DNA of 64,000 bases from a virus (IMGVR_UViG_3300035169_000077:34688-98687); one strand, 5' to 3'. Shown: positions 27,951 to 39,775, counted from the stretch's first letter. Program-made: numbers and translations. The notes: a model not told the origin generated them from the letters alone.

Positions 27951-28361
27951 TCAGGCCGCCTTCCGCAGCGAGGACTGCGCCGGGCCGTCCGCGATGAGGA
28001 CGATGACGGCCGCGCAGCGGTGGTAGCAGGGGCGCTTTGCGGTCAGTCCCCGGCTCGCGTCGCAGTTGCAGCCCTTCGGGGTGGTGACGTGGACGTCGCT
28101 GCCGTCCTCGGACACCGCGCGGAACACGTCGGGGCGCTGGCCGGCGCGGACGATGCCGCCGTCCTCGATCAGCTCGCGGGCCTTCTCGACCTGCGCCGGG
28201 GTCCACTGCGACAGGTCCGCGACCTTCGCGGCCTTGCGGAGCTTGGCGCGGCAGCCGGATCCGCGCATCACGGCGAGGCTCTCCGGGCTGCTGATCTTGC
28301 GCCCGCAGCCGAGGCACCGGGCCTCTTGGCTGGTCTCAGTGGTCACCGCGTCGTTGCTCAT
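27951..28361 (-). CDS. SWIM zinc-finger protein
   Basis: CLGCGR N-terminal finger; CNC...CYH. Confidence 0.7.
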   Translation of the reverse strand: MSNDAVTTETSQEARCLGCGRKISSPESLAVMRGSGCRAKLRKAAKVADLSQWTPAQVEKARELIEDGGIVRAGQRPDVFRAVSEDGSDVHVTTPKGCNCDASRGLTAKRPCYHRCAAVIVLIADGPAQSSLRKAA

Positions 28362-28373
28362 GCTTATAGTATG

Positions 28374-28408
28374 TGCCAAGACCGTTGGCATTGTCAAGAC
28401 TGTTGGCA
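28374..28408. promoter_or_regulatory. Tandem palindromic operators in a divergent promoter
   Basis: TGCCAAGACCGTTGGCA and TGTCAAGACTGTTGGCA in an AT-rich gap. Confidence 0.75.
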
Positions 28409-28425
28409 CATAGTATTGTCGCGGT

Positions 28426-28641
28426 GTGGACCACGAAACGCTGAAGGCCCTCGCACGGGCCGACGCCCGCGCCAAGGCAAGATCCAACGACACGCACAAG
28501 GCCCTCGTCGCGGCCATCTGGGAAGCGGCAGACCAGGGAATGCCGCAGGTCGAGATCGTCCGGGATACCGGGCTGACCCGCGAGCGCATCCGGCAACTCT
28601 GCGACCCCGTATACCGGGAGAAGCACGGTGGTGAGAAATGA
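28426..28641 (+). CDS. Small HTH regulator
   Basis: GMPQVEIVRDTGLTRERIRQL. Confidence 0.8.
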   Translation: MDHETLKALARADARAKARSNDTHKALVAAIWEAADQGMPQVEIVRDTGLTRERIRQLCDPVYREKHGGEK

Positions 28642-29201
28642 GTGACTTCCCGAACCGCGAGCACGCCAACGAGGACAGGACCGCCCGGCAGCAGGCGATC
28701 GAGGCACTGGACGCCATCGCCAGGGACGCTGAGGTCCTGAAGCGCAGGCTCAGCAACGGCAGCTACGCCGACGTGACCGACGCCGAGTCGCTCGTCGCCA
28801 AGGCGGGGCAGGTCGCGCGGCGCCTCGCGGTGCTCGACACTCTCCGGCATGTCCGCGAGTGGCACGCGGCCGACGTCGCCGCCCCGAAGGGGCAGTGACC
28901 TGTGAGCGTCAGCGGCCCGCTCCCCCGGTGGACGATGCTCAAGCCCGGAGGCCCGTACGAGGCGACCGACCCTCACGGCGTCGCATGGCGCCTCTGGGCT
29001 GCCGGCTCGCCTCCCGCCGATGACCCGTTCCCCGCTGGCTACCGGCTCGCGCCCCGCGATGACCTGGCAAACGTCAACTTCATCAGCGACCATGGCGGCC
29101 TCTACCACGCGCTCGACATGGCGGGCCTGCGCATCGCTGGTGACGCTGTCCGGGCCGATCCGGGCGGGGCGCGGCGGCAACTCGGGCTTGAGGACGGCTA
29201 G
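28638..29201 (+). other. Two small hypothetical genes (28638-28898, 28902-29201)
   Basis: Coupled downstream of the HTH gene. Confidence 0.6.
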
Positions 29202-29681
29202 CCCGCTCACGCTTCCCCGCACTCCCCGCACTGCCAGCCGTCGTCACCATCGGAGCGGATCACCGTCCCGGCCTCGAACGACTCGCCGCAGCCGGAGCAC
29301 TTACCGCCCCAGCGGGCCTCGAACCACGGGCCGTGGCCGCCTGCCCTGCGCAGGCTCCGCTCACGCTCGGCTGCCCGCTTCACCGCCCCGTTGCAGTCGG
29401 CGCACGAGGCGGGGTCGAGGTCGTGGATGCAGTACGTCACGCTGGGCCGCCCCAGTCCCCCGGCATCCACCCGGAGGGGCGGCCGAAGTCCTCCGGGGTC
29501 ACCTTGAGCGGCGCAAGAGGCTCCGGCGTGCGCCGCTCCCACCGAAGGGGCAGGCACGGCACCAGGCAGGCGTACACGGCCCCAGGAGCCACGTACAGCC
29601 CGATCCACCAGTCGCGCGGCTCGAACACCAGGGAGAGGCGGCCGAGGCGGAGCAGGCCCGTTGACAGGTCGCGGGGGGCGG

Positions 29682-30263
29682 TCACGGGCCGTTCTCCGCC
29701 GCGCCGCGATCAGGCCACCCGCACGGCAGCGTCCGGGAGCCTTCCTCGTAGCCCTCGTCACCGGGGGCGAGAAGGTGGCCGTGCTCGCGCATCAGGCCGC
29801 GGTAAGCCTCCGGGTCGCCCTTGGCCTGCTCCCACAGCTGGTGCGGGGAGGGCTTCGCTGACGGCCTGAACCTCCGCACCGGGATTCCCGCCTGTTCTGC
29901 CTTGCCCGCGCAGTCAGCGGCCCCGTGGGAGTCATGCGGAGGGCGACTCGCATGCTTGCGGCACGGGGCCAGGAAAGCCAGGCAGACATCCGCGCCCGCC
30001 GCGACCATCTCCGTGTTACGCGCCAGCCCGGCGGCCTTCCCGCCCCGCCAGCCCGCAGGGTGCCGCTCAACGGTGAACCCGTGATCACGGGCGAGGCGAT
30101 CGGCAATGGCGTCAGCTCCAGTGGGGCACGCGCCGTGGACGACAGTGACGCGCCGCCCTTGCCGCGCCCCCTCGCCGGCCGCCAGCCCGAGCTGGTAGGC
30201 GATCAGGTCGCCGTCGTCCCAGTCCCTGCTGCCAGTGACCAGGATGCGGTAAGGACGGCTCAC
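29682..30263 (-). CDS. DUF2493 / YspA-like SLOG-family protein
   Basis: RILVTGSRDW, VVHGACPTGAD, AGLARNTEMV, SHGAADC. Confidence 0.85.
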   Translation of the reverse strand: MSRPYRILVTGSRDWDDGDLIAYQLGLAAGEGARQGRRVTVVHGACPTGADAIADRLARDHGFTVERHPAGWRGGKAAGLARNTEMVAAGADVCLAFLAPCRKHASRPPHDSHGAADCAGKAEQAGIPVRRFRPSAKPSPHQLWEQAKGDPEAYRGLMREHGHLLAPGDEGYEEGSRTLPCGWPDRGAAENGP

Positions 30264-30480
30264 GACGCGCCACCGCCCTCCGGCTCAGGCTCGCCATTGA
30301 CGGCCCGGATGGCCGCCTTCACGGCCGCCTGATGGGCTGCCGACCCGCGTCCCCTCCCGTAGTCGAACGCCCGGTAGACGGCGTTCTGGAGGGGCTTGCT
30401 GACCCGCTTCCAGTCCTCGGAGCACATGAGCTTGTCGTCGTCGTTCACGGTGCGGCCGCAGCCGGAGGGGCACGGGTGGC

Positions 30481-30885
30481 TCATAGCTTGCCTCCTCGCC
30501 TCTCGCCGCGCATGAGCGCCGCCACCGCATCGCCGAGGTGGCGCCACTTCCCGCCGGGCGGCAGGAACGATCCGGGGAGCAGCCCGTCCGCCGCCCACAA
30601 GCGCACCGCCTGCTGGCTCGCGCCGAACTGGGCGGCCACCTCCGGGGTGGTCATCAGCCCGGGCAGCGCTGGCAGGATGATGACCGGGCCGGGAAGGCCG
30701 GCGCGGAAGGCCTCCACCTGGGCGCGGTGCCAGCGGCGGTGCCCGTGCGGGGTGCGGAGCAGGGCCGGCAGCTTGCCGGAGGCATCCCAGGCGATGACCG
30801 TCCGGGGATCGGCGCGCAGGAGCGAGGCGACCTCCCCGGCGGCGATGACCTCACCCGGGGCGAATCCCCCGGGGGCGTCAGTCAT
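30481..30885 (-). CDS. Tandem BldC-like (MerR-type HTH) DNA-binding protein
   Basis: EVASLLRADPRTVIAWDASGKL...RTPHGHRR and TPEVAAQFG...VRLWAADGLL...PGGKWR. Confidence 0.75.
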   Translation of the reverse strand: MTDAPGGFAPGEVIAAGEVASLLRADPRTVIAWDASGKLPALLRTPHGHRRWHRAQVEAFRAGLPGPVIILPALPGLMTTPEVAAQFGASQQAVRLWAADGLLPGSFLPPGGKWRHLGDAVAALMRGERRGGKL

Positions 30886-33800
30886 CGCCGTCTCCGTTGC
30901 CGAGCAGCCCGAGCAAAGCCTCCAGCGGCACCACGTCCAGGGCGTGCGTCTGCCCCAGGCCGTCCCCGGGACGGAAGAAGGTGAACTTCAGGTCGCCGGC
31001 CCCGGAGCGGATGCGCTCCCTCTCCGCTTCGGCGGCCCTCGCGACCTGCTCACGGACGAAGGCAAGCTCAGCGCGGGCCTCCGCAAGCCCTGCCTCCGCC
31101 TCCTCGCAGGCCGCACGGTAATGCTCAGCGGCAAGCTGCACGCGCTCCCGCTCCGCCTCGCGGAACTCCTCCCCGCTGGCGCCGTCCGGGTCAGCCCGGG
31201 TTACCGGGTCGCCGATGAAGATCTCGGTCAACGTGCCCTCCTTATGTCGGACTCGGAAACTGCGGCGTCGCAGCACCCGTCTAGGGAGACCGTCCACCTA
31301 AGGTCCGGGGCAGCCTTCGATTCGAACGGTGCGCTGATCGTCCCGGTGCTGCCGTGCCAGGGGTGGTCCCGGCTGGTGATCAGGACGCGGTCGCCGGGCT
31401 TGAACGGGGCGGCTTTCACCGCTCGTCCTCGGTGACCTGCGGCGGCACGGCGGACGCCTCCTGATGGCAGCGGACGGTGAACCTCCGGTTGGCGTGCCAC
31501 CCCTCCGGGCCGGTGATGACCCCGACGCCCCGGAACGCCATCGACGCGGTGCAGGCGCACCAGACGACGAACTTCGCGGCGAGGTAGGACGGGTGGTGGA
31601 ACCGCAGGTCGTGAGGCACCGGGCCGCAGTCACGGGCGACCGTGGCGAAGAACTCCGCGAACGTCTCCGGCGTGAAGCTCCCCGCGTTGTGGACGTAGAC
31701 GGCGGCCTCCAGCTCGCCGTCCCAGGTGGTGAACGCCACGGTTCCCTTGGTGCTCACGGCGATGCCTCCGGCGCGTCCCTCGATGCCTCGCCGAGCACGA
31801 CGTGCTTCCCCTTGGCGTCGGCCTCGCTGATGAGCCCGCGGTCGTGCATCGCGTCCAGCGCCATGCGGGCCGTGACGTAGCCAACCCGGACGTGACGCTG
31901 GACGAGGGACGCCCAGACCTGCTCCCGTCCTGCGGCGAACCTGGCCACCTCGTCGTAGATCGCCTGATGGCCAGCTATCCAGTCGTCATACAGCGGATCA
32001 GTCATGGCCGCCCTCCAGCGCCTCGCGGGCCAGCACCGGGTACGGCATGCCGGCGCGGCACTCGGCGATGGCCTCCAGCGCGGCCCGGTAGCGGAGTTGC
32101 AGGTCGCGGGCGGTGTTCCAGTCGCGTTCCAGGGTGGCGAGCCTGGCGCGGGCATGCAGGAGGCACGGGCGGCAGCCGAACGCGTCATGGGCCGTGCCGT
32201 TCGCGTGGCCTTCCTCGGCCGCGAGGGCGTGCGCGATCAGGTCCGCTTCAGTGAGGGGCGGCTCGCCTTTCAGGGTGGCGGCCTGCGCCGCGAGGTCGTC
32301 CCGCTCTTCGATCAGGCGCTGGTTCTCGCCCTGCCAGCGGGCCGCCGTCTTGAGTGCCGCGCTCACCTCACGATCGGTCTCGGCCTGCCGCTCGCGGGCC
32401 TTGTCCCGTTCCCTGGCGATCCGGTGAACATCACGGCCTAGCTCCTCGGTGACGCCCTTGAGGCTGGTGACCTCAGCGGCGAGGCGGGCGTTGTCGGCGG
32501 CCAGGGTGTTCCGCTCGTCAGCGAGTGCGGGGGCGAGCTCGCGGAGCAGCCGCACGCCGTACGTGAGGCCGTCAGCCCTGCCACGGTGATAGTTCGCGAG
32601 GTTCCGCGCCCCCTCGATGTCAGCGTCCGAGGCAGCGCCGAGGGATAGCCTCACGCCCTCCTCCAGCCGGACGGCGAGGGCCTCCGGCGTCAGCGGCTCA
32701 GGCATCGTCGCCTCCGAACCATGCGTGGCACGACGGGCAGCGGCGCGCCTCGCACTCCGGGCACTCAAGCTCGGCGACGGCGAAGTTCGTGCCGAACTCG
32801 CTACCGCACCCGCCGCACGTCACGTCCAGCCAGCCCGGTTCCCCGTCACGAGGGCGCACGTCCGCCGGCCGCGCGCCGCTGGCCTCCAGGTAGGCGATGA
32901 GCTCACGGCGGACGGACTCGCCATCCTGGCCGCCCTGCAGCGCGATGCGCCGGACCTCGGCGAGCTGCTCGTGGAGCCTGCCGTGCGACGTGGCCAGCGC
33001 GTTGCACTCCCCGCGCAGCCGCTCCCGCTCGGCCTTGACTTCCGTGTGACGCTTCTGGACGTCGGCGAGGGTTTCAGCCCATCGCTGGTTGGCGGCCAGG
33101 GCGTGGGCCAGCTTCGCGGCGAGCTGGTCCCGCTCGGTGGTGCTCTCGCTGACCGTGAGCTCATCAAGCTGTGCTGGCGTCGGCTCAGGCACCGCGGGCC
33201 TCCCCGGAGCCGGCCGGGGTGGCGTCAGCGATGCCTGCCTCGTTCAGCAGCTCGCGGAGGCGGCCTGCCTCGCGGCGGGCCATGTCCCGCTCGCCGATCA
33301 GCAGGTCCCTGTGCTCACGAACATCGGAGAGCGCGATGACAAGGAGGCGCTCCTGCTCGCTGAGCCGGGCGTTCCCGGTGGTGAGCTCGTCGATCCTGCG
33401 CACGTCGCCGAGGTTGTGGGCAAGCTCGCGGTGCTCGGCCAGCTCCCTGCGCGCTTCGGCCAGTTCCTCGCGGAGGCCGCTGGCCCCGATCCCCGCATCG
33501 GCGGCGACCTCCCACCCGGCGTCCGTGTCTGCCTGCTCGTCATAGCCGGGCTTGCCGCGCCCCCGCTCAGATGCGCCGGCGTGCCAGTCATCCCACGCCT
33601 TGCGGGCGGCTTTCCCTGGCGCGGCCTCCGGCGCGGGCGCGTCGTGCGGGTGCCACGCCTTCACGGCGGTCACGTCGGCGACCGCGATCACCTTCAGGGC
33701 GGACGCCTCGTGCGTGGCGTCCGCGATCTTGACGATGCGCCCGGGTGGCACCCCGGGGGCGAACGCGATCACGAGCACCCCGCCTTCGCAGCCTGTGCGG

Positions 33801-36389
33801 ACGATGCGGGCGCCCCCGGCGGGAACCTCGATGGGGTCCGGCGCGGGATCGTACGTCTCCCGGAGCACGTCATCGTCGATCGGGTAGTACTCGCCCCGGA
33901 CGCCCCTGATCAGCCACTGGCTGTCCTTGACGCCAACCCAGGTGGAGTGGAGCCTGTCGTAGACCTCGGCGGTGATGCCCGGGTCGCGCTGCAGGGCCTC
34001 CGGGCTGGCGAAGCGGAACAGGCCCTGCGTGAATGCCTGGACCTCCTCGAAGTTGGAGCCGGTCCACCGGATCGCGCTGACGGTGACGGGCTTCTTCCGG
34101 TACAGGCCGCTGGCGCGGTCAGGGGCGATCGTTTCCCCGGTATCAGTTCCGGTCATGAGGGATTCCTTCGGTTCGGGATGGGGGGCTAGCGCTTGAGGAG
34201 GCCGATGACCACTGCGATGCCCACGACCACCAGCAGTACGAAAACCGTGACGGCCGCGCCGATCCACAGCGGCGACACCACCCACCACCACGACCAGCCG
34301 ATCTTGTGCAGCAGCTTGAGCGCGACGAACAGGATGGTCAGCAGGCCGGCGAAGCCGGTCCCGCCGGATGCCGAGGCGCTTGCGCTCGCGCCCTGGTTAC
34401 GTGCCATGAGGGATTCCTTTCGCTTGGACCGGGGGGTGGCCCCGTGCGCGTCCCGCCCGGGGAAGAGAGGGACGCGCACGAGGGGATCGGGGGGCTAGCT
34501 GGCCGCGTCGGGCATCTCGCGGAGGACCCGGGCGACGCGCTCCCGGATGGCCTCCAGCGCGTCAGCGCCGCCGATGGTGTCGCGTACCGTGGCGATGTTC
34601 AGGACCACCTTCAGCTCGGCCTCAAGGCCTGCCACCTGCGCGGCGAGGTCCGGGCCTGCCTCCGCGCGGTGCCCGTCCATCCCGGCGTACTGCCACTGCC
34701 CGGGGGCGTAGAGGGCCACGGGCTTCAGCAGCGGGGCCGTCGCGGTCATGTCCGGGGTGCCGATGACCAGCGTGCCTTCAGTGCAGCCGATGCCGTCCGC
34801 CTCCCACTGCTGGTCCGGGCCGGTGAAGGTGGTCACGGTCACCGTGGGCGGTCCGGCGCGGCGTGCCGCGACCGCGTCCGCCGCATCCCGGAAGCCGACC
34901 TGTACCTCCGGCGGAAGCGCGTCGAACGGCAGGCCCGCGCCGAACGTGACGTTCTCGCCGACGATGAAGGCCCCGAAGGCGGCGTAGGCGACCTCGCCCA
35001 GGGGAGTTTCCTCGGTCATTGACTGGTCCTCTCGGTTTCGCCGGTCCCGGCACCGTGCCGGGCCTGGGTGTCGTGCTGTCCTGCGGGCGGGGCCGTCCCG
35101 GCTTTCTGGGCGCGGACCAGCTCGGCGTGGGCGGCGGCCTTCGCCCGGAAGGCGGCCATGTCGCCGAGGGTCTCCGGGTCGACGGTGGCCTCTGCCGGGG
35201 GCGCGGCATTCCAGGGCTGCAATGACGAGATCGGCCGCCACCCTTGCCCCCACATGGCCGTGACGTACTCGGCGGCGAACGGCTCGCAGTCCGCGGCATC
35301 CGCGCCGGAGGCCACCGCGGCGTCCCGTTCGCGGAGACGGCGGGCGAGGGAATCGACGGCGCGGCGCTTGGCGCGGTCCTCTGCGGCGGTCACGATGCCC
35401 TCCTGGCTGCGGTGACGGTCGCGCAGGTGATGAGGTGATCGGGCTTCGGGGCGCGGCAGCATGGGCACGCGGGGCGCTCCGGCTTCCGGTACTTCTGGCC
35501 GGCGACGGCGTGGGCTGCCTTGCACCCGGGGCACGCGTCCTCCCCGGCCCGCAGGTGCTGGCGGTAGCCGTAGTCGCTGCCGCACGCCTCGCCCGGCCCG
35601 GTGAGGCCGGTGGCGATGCTGCGGGTGCCGCCCTTCCCGTTGCCGTCCGGGAGCAGCCCGAGGGCGGTCATCTCGGCCTCGAACGCGAGGACCGTCGCTG
35701 ACGCCCGGTCGCAGGGGCGGGGGGCGGTCACCGGGTACCTCCCGGGGCCAGCCCGAGGAGAGCCGCGACCTCCGCCGTCCGCCCCTGCTGCTCGGCGAGC
35801 CTCCCCGTGCACGTAGGGCACCACGACAGGCCCTCAGGCAGGTCGTGCGGGGCTTCCCGGATGATCGCCTGCGACTCGACGTGCGGGCCTGTGGACTGGC
35901 CGCACAGCGTCTCCGTGGCACGCTGGCCTTTGGGTCCTTCCTCGCGGACCACGTGGACGCGGCGGACCTGCCCGGCTCGCCTGCCGTCCTGGACGTAGCC
36001 ACGCTGGCAGGTGCGGACAGGGGCGCTCACCGGGCACCTCCCGGCACCAGCACGGGACGGGGCACGGAAAGCTCCCGGGCCTTGCGGACGATCGCGTCAC
36101 GGAGGGCACGGGACTTCGCGCCGAGGAGCCTGCGGGCGCGGTCCCCCCGCTTGCGGCGGGAAAGCCACCACAGGACCGCCGCGATGACCACGGCGATGGC
36201 CTCCCCGGCCGCGTTCCACCCCGCGCCGGCGGCGAGGTCAGCCATGGCCGCGACGGCGTTGGCCGCAGCGGCCCCGGCCCACCATGACCCGGCGGGGACT
36301 GGCCGCAGGGCGCGGACGAGGGCGAGGACGAGCGCCTCCGCGCCCGTCTCGGCGGCGGCCGTCGCGATCATGACGACAGGGCCGGTCAC
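30878..36389 (-). other. Array of small hypothetical phage genes
   Basis: Coupled ORFs, including 31416-31757, coiled-coil 31998-32705, 33185-34156 (YRKKPV motif), membrane proteins 34186-34407 and 36027-36389. Confidence 0.7.
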
Positions 36390-36643
36390 GGGACGTCGCC
36401 CCGGACCATCGCGTCAACGGCGACCTCAAGGGCCTCGGCGATCAGCCACGCCGTACGCAGGGTCGGGCCGCTCTTGCGGGCCTGGAGGCTGAAGAGGGTC
36501 CCCTCGCTGACCCCGGACTCGGCCGCGAGCCTCTTCACGGTCCAGCGGCGAGCCAGCCGCAGGCGGGTCATCGACTTGGTGAACGACACGTCGGGGTCCC
36601 TCACGGCGGTCAGGGGCAACTCGGCCGGCGGGCTAGCGGGCAT
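36386..36643 (-). CDS. XRE HTH protein
   Basis: LRLARRWTVKRLAAESGVSEGTL...PTLRTAWLIAEAL. Confidence 0.8.
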   Translation of the reverse strand: MPASPPAELPLTAVRDPDVSFTKSMTRLRLARRWTVKRLAAESGVSEGTLFSLQARKSGPTLRTAWLIAEALEVAVDAMVRGDVP

Positions 36644-36964
36644 TCGCCCTCCTCGGGGTTGCGGGGGTAACGGGACGGGAGGGACGGCGGGGGCGGGCGG
36701 ACGGCGCGGAGCCGATCAGCCGGACCCTTGCGAGGGCCTTGCATGACCAGGCGTGCGGCCTGAAGCGGTGCTCGCCCGAACGGCACTGGTAGTCGTCGGG
36801 GACGCGGCGGCAGCGGGGCGTGTCGGTGATGTCCCAGCGGACGACCCACGGCCCGTCAGGGCCGGTGCTGAGGGCGAGCAGCTCGCCCGTGGCCATGAGG
36901 GCGAACAGCACCCGCTCTGCGCAGTCGGGGCAGTCCCCGAGGCCCGGTCTCGGCCGTGAGGTGC

Positions 36965-38191
36965 TCATGCGGTCATCGCCTCGGTCTTGACGTGGTGGGC
37001 GTTGTCTTCCGGGAGGCCGCACTTGCAGTAGTTCTCGCCCATGCTGGTGCGGTACTCGAAGCTGAAGGCGTGCCGTTTGGGGCCTTGGCCCGGGTTTGCC
37101 TGCGGCCGGATCTCGTCCCATTCGGGGTCGGCGAGGATCTCCCGGAGCGTCTGGCCTGCCGGGTCTGGCGGCAGGAGGTTCGCGATGTCCGCTTCCTTGC
37201 GCACGCTGGTGCGGTAATAGCCGGGAGTGCTGATCACGGTGCCGTTTTCCTCGGCCCGCTTGTCGATGACGCCCTTGGCGAAGCGGGCTTCCTGGGGAGT
37301 GACCACCCGGGCGCGGCCCTTGCAGAACTCATCGGAGATGGCGGCGAGCGCCGCAGCCTCGAAAGCGTCACGGGACCGGGAAGCGTCACCGGAACCGTCA
37401 CGGCGGCGACGCTTCTGAGCTGCGGTTCCATTGCCGGCGACGCTTGCGGAAAGGCGTTTCGCCTGGTCAGAAGCGTCACGGCCCGCGCGTGCGCCTGATT
37501 TTGACTCACCCGGCAGATAGATAGATCTATCTTGATCATCCAGGGAAGCGTCACCAGGAATGTGACGCTTCTGGCCTGCGGAAATGGTTCCCGTGACGCT
37601 TCCGGAAGCGTCAAAAGAAGCGTCACCGGCAAAGGGTGAAGCGTCACCGTTGCGGCGTGCGGTGACGCATCCCACGCATGCCACCGCGATGTTTCCCGCG
37701 TTCATTTCCCCGTCCCTGTTGACCATTTCCCATGCGCCCGAGTCGCGGGCGCGGCCCTTCCCCCACCTGACCGGCACCGAGCAGAACCGGCACCGGTCGC
37801 CGTCCCTGGCCCGCACGGCGTCCCTGAGGGCCTTGTCCCGGTAGATGGCCTGCCTCGGCCGCCTCGCCGTCGCGGGACGCCGTGCCGTGGCCGCAGGGGC
37901 CACGGGCTGCACCAGGGCCGGGGCGGCCTGCGCGGTGCCGTCCCACCGTTCCCGCCAGTTCACGAACTGGTAGCCGTCTTTCACCTTCCGCCAGATGCCC
38001 ATGCGGACGAGGATGCCGGCGGCCCGTTCCCCGTCGCTGGTCAGCGTCGCCAGCACGGAGGCGCGGATGAATCCCGTGTTCCCGTTGCGGGCGCACCAAG
38101 CGCCCGCCTTGGACAGGACCCCGGCCGTCGCGTCGTCAAGGTCGCGGGTGTCGGCGGAGTCTCCGAAGGTGTCATGGGGGGTGAACTTCAC
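36965..38191 (-). CDS. Putative replication initiator with degenerate HNH/Zn-finger domain
   Basis: AGAWCAR...G.I...GIW...GYQF.NW N-terminus typical of actinophage rep proteins; RDGDRCRFC...ACVGC; internal iterons; start uncertain. Confidence 0.7.
   Translation of the reverse strand: MKFTPHDTFGDSADTRDLDDATAGVLSKAGAWCARNGNTGFIRASVLATLTSDGERAAGILVRMGIWRKVKDGYQFVNWRERWDGTAQAAPALVQPVAPAATARRPATARRPRQAIYRDKALRDAVRARDGDRCRFCSVPVRWGKGRARDSGAWEMVNRDGEMNAGNIAVACVGCVTARRNGDASPFAGDASFDASGSVTGTISAGQKRHIPGDASLDDQDRSIYLPGESKSGARAGRDASDQAKRLSASVAGNGTAAQKRRRRDGSGDASRSRDAFEAAALAAISDEFCKGRARVVTPQEARFAKGVIDKRAEENGTVISTPGYYRTSVRKEADIANLLPPDPAGQTLREILADPEWDEIRPQANPGQGPKRHAFSFEYRTSMGENYCKCGLPEDNAHHVKTEAMTA
37363..37670. 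repeat. Iterons / probable replication origin
   Basis: About 12 direct and inverted copies of GAAGCGTCAC around AT-rich GATAGATAGATCTATCTTGATCAT. Confidence 0.8.
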
Positions 38192-38483
38192 TGGCGCTGC
38201 CCATTCCAGGGGCAGCGCGGGGGGTGCGCCATGAGGTGCGTCCGATCGGTGCAGCGGGATTAACGTCGGCCGGCGGCAGTGCATGACGCCCACTACGGCG
38301 CACCCCTCTCGATCGGCGGGTTGTCACCACGCAGCCCGAGCCCGAGGCATCCCGTCCATGCCGGGGCAGCCAGCACCGTCAGGCACGCGAGCAGCGGCAG
38401 CAGGGACGGGAGCGAGAGCGGCCGGGGGACGGCGACGATCAGGCCGAAGACAAAGGCGGCGACGATCGCGGCCAGGCGGTCCC

Positions 38484-39395
38484 TCATGGCGGCGTCACCG
38501 GCCCGTTGCCCTCCCAGTTGCGGCGCATGCCGCCGCGTGCCATGCCCAGGTAGTCCTCTATCGCGGCCCCGGTGAATCGGCCCTTGCCGTTGGCGACGCG
38601 GAGGCTTGCGCACATCAGCGTGATCGCGCCGAAGCTGGCGTCTTCGCGAGCGGCGAGGAACTTGTCCAGGTGATCCCGCTTCTTCTTGCTGAGCTGAGAG
38701 AACGGCGGGGACAGGAACAGGATGGTGAACTCATCGTCGCCGTCGATAACGGTCGTGTGGCTCAGGTACCGGACCCCGGGGATCTCGCGCACGGGAGTGA
38801 ACAACAGTCGCACCGCTCCCGCCGCAGACAGGTCAGCGAACCCCCGGCGCACGGCCAGCGGCGTACGGCGCTCAGATCTCGCCATGAGGTCGATCGTCAG
38901 CTTCCCGACCGGCGGCAGCGGGGGGAGTCCGGCGGGACACCGTAGGCACCGCACGTGACTGTTTCCCTCATGGCGAATCTCGCCGGCGAAGGCGTGCGCC
39001 ACTATCTCCGGAAGAATCGCCGCGAACGCGCGGGCGCGGTCGCCTGCCGGGCAGGCGCATGAGTCGCCGCAGCCCGACTGTCCCAGCGCGTGGGCGACGA
39101 ACGACGCGGCGGCATCGTAGGCGCCCTCGCCGTACTGGGGATCGAGCACGATGTTGTGCGCCTCGGTGCCGATCACGACGTCCGCGTTGCGCGTGTCGTC
39201 GCCGTCCCGGCCGTGATACGGGCGCATCATCAGGCCGGTCCAGTGATGGTAGGCGCAGCACCTGTCCCCGGCCACCTCAGGATTGGCGATGCAGCCCTGC
39301 TCTTCCGGGTCCGCGAGGTTCTCGATCCAGCCTGCCGCAGCCCACGTAGCCGGGTCGTTCCATGTCGGCGCGGGTGCGCCCTGCGGACTGTTCAA
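38484..39395 (-). CDS. Hypothetical protein
   Basis: 303-aa ORF divergent from a small HTH gene. Confidence 0.55.
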   Translation of the reverse strand: MNSPQGAPAPTWNDPATWAAAGWIENLADPEEQGCIANPEVAGDRCCAYHHWTGLMMRPYHGRDGDDTRNADVVIGTEAHNIVLDPQYGEGAYDAAASFVAHALGQSGCGDSCACPAGDRARAFAAILPEIVAHAFAGEIRHEGNSHVRCLRCPAGLPPLPPVGKLTIDLMARSERRTPLAVRRGFADLSAAGAVRLLFTPVREIPGVRYLSHTTVIDGDDEFTILFLSPPFSQLSKKKRDHLDKFLAAREDASFGAITLMCASLRVANGKGRFTGAAIEDYLGMARGGMRRNWEGNGPVTPP

Positions 39396-39517
39396 CGCTC
39401 GCCTTCCGATCGCCCAGAACCAACTATGTCAACTATACTCGCCTACACGATAGCGCGCACTAGCGCCACCACGATCAGGCGTGGATGCGTCATGGCGCGG
39501 CGTGCGAAGATCAGTGA

Positions 39518-39775
39518 GTGCCCGAGGAGTTGCCCGAGTTGCCAGAGGTCGCCAGCGCCTACCGCGCGTACAAGCAGGCAGACGAGGAAGCCCTGCTGAT
39601 CCGCTACCGTGCCCGCGCCACGCTCGGCGCGGTGATCCTCCGCGATCGGAGGCGGGCCGGCATGTCGCAGTCCGAGGTAGCCGACCAGCTCGGCGTCCGG
39701 ACCCAGCAGGTGATCCGGTACGAGGCCGCGTACCGGGCGTGGCTGAAGGAGCACCCGGACGAGCCGCTCGGCTAG
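39518..39775 (+). CDS. Small HTH regulator
   Basis: RRAGMSQSEVADQLGVRTQQVIRYE. Confidence 0.75.
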   Translation: MPEELPELPEVASAYRAYKQADEEALLIRYRARATLGAVILRDRRRAGMSQSEVADQLGVRTQQVIRYEAAYRAWLKEHPDEPLG

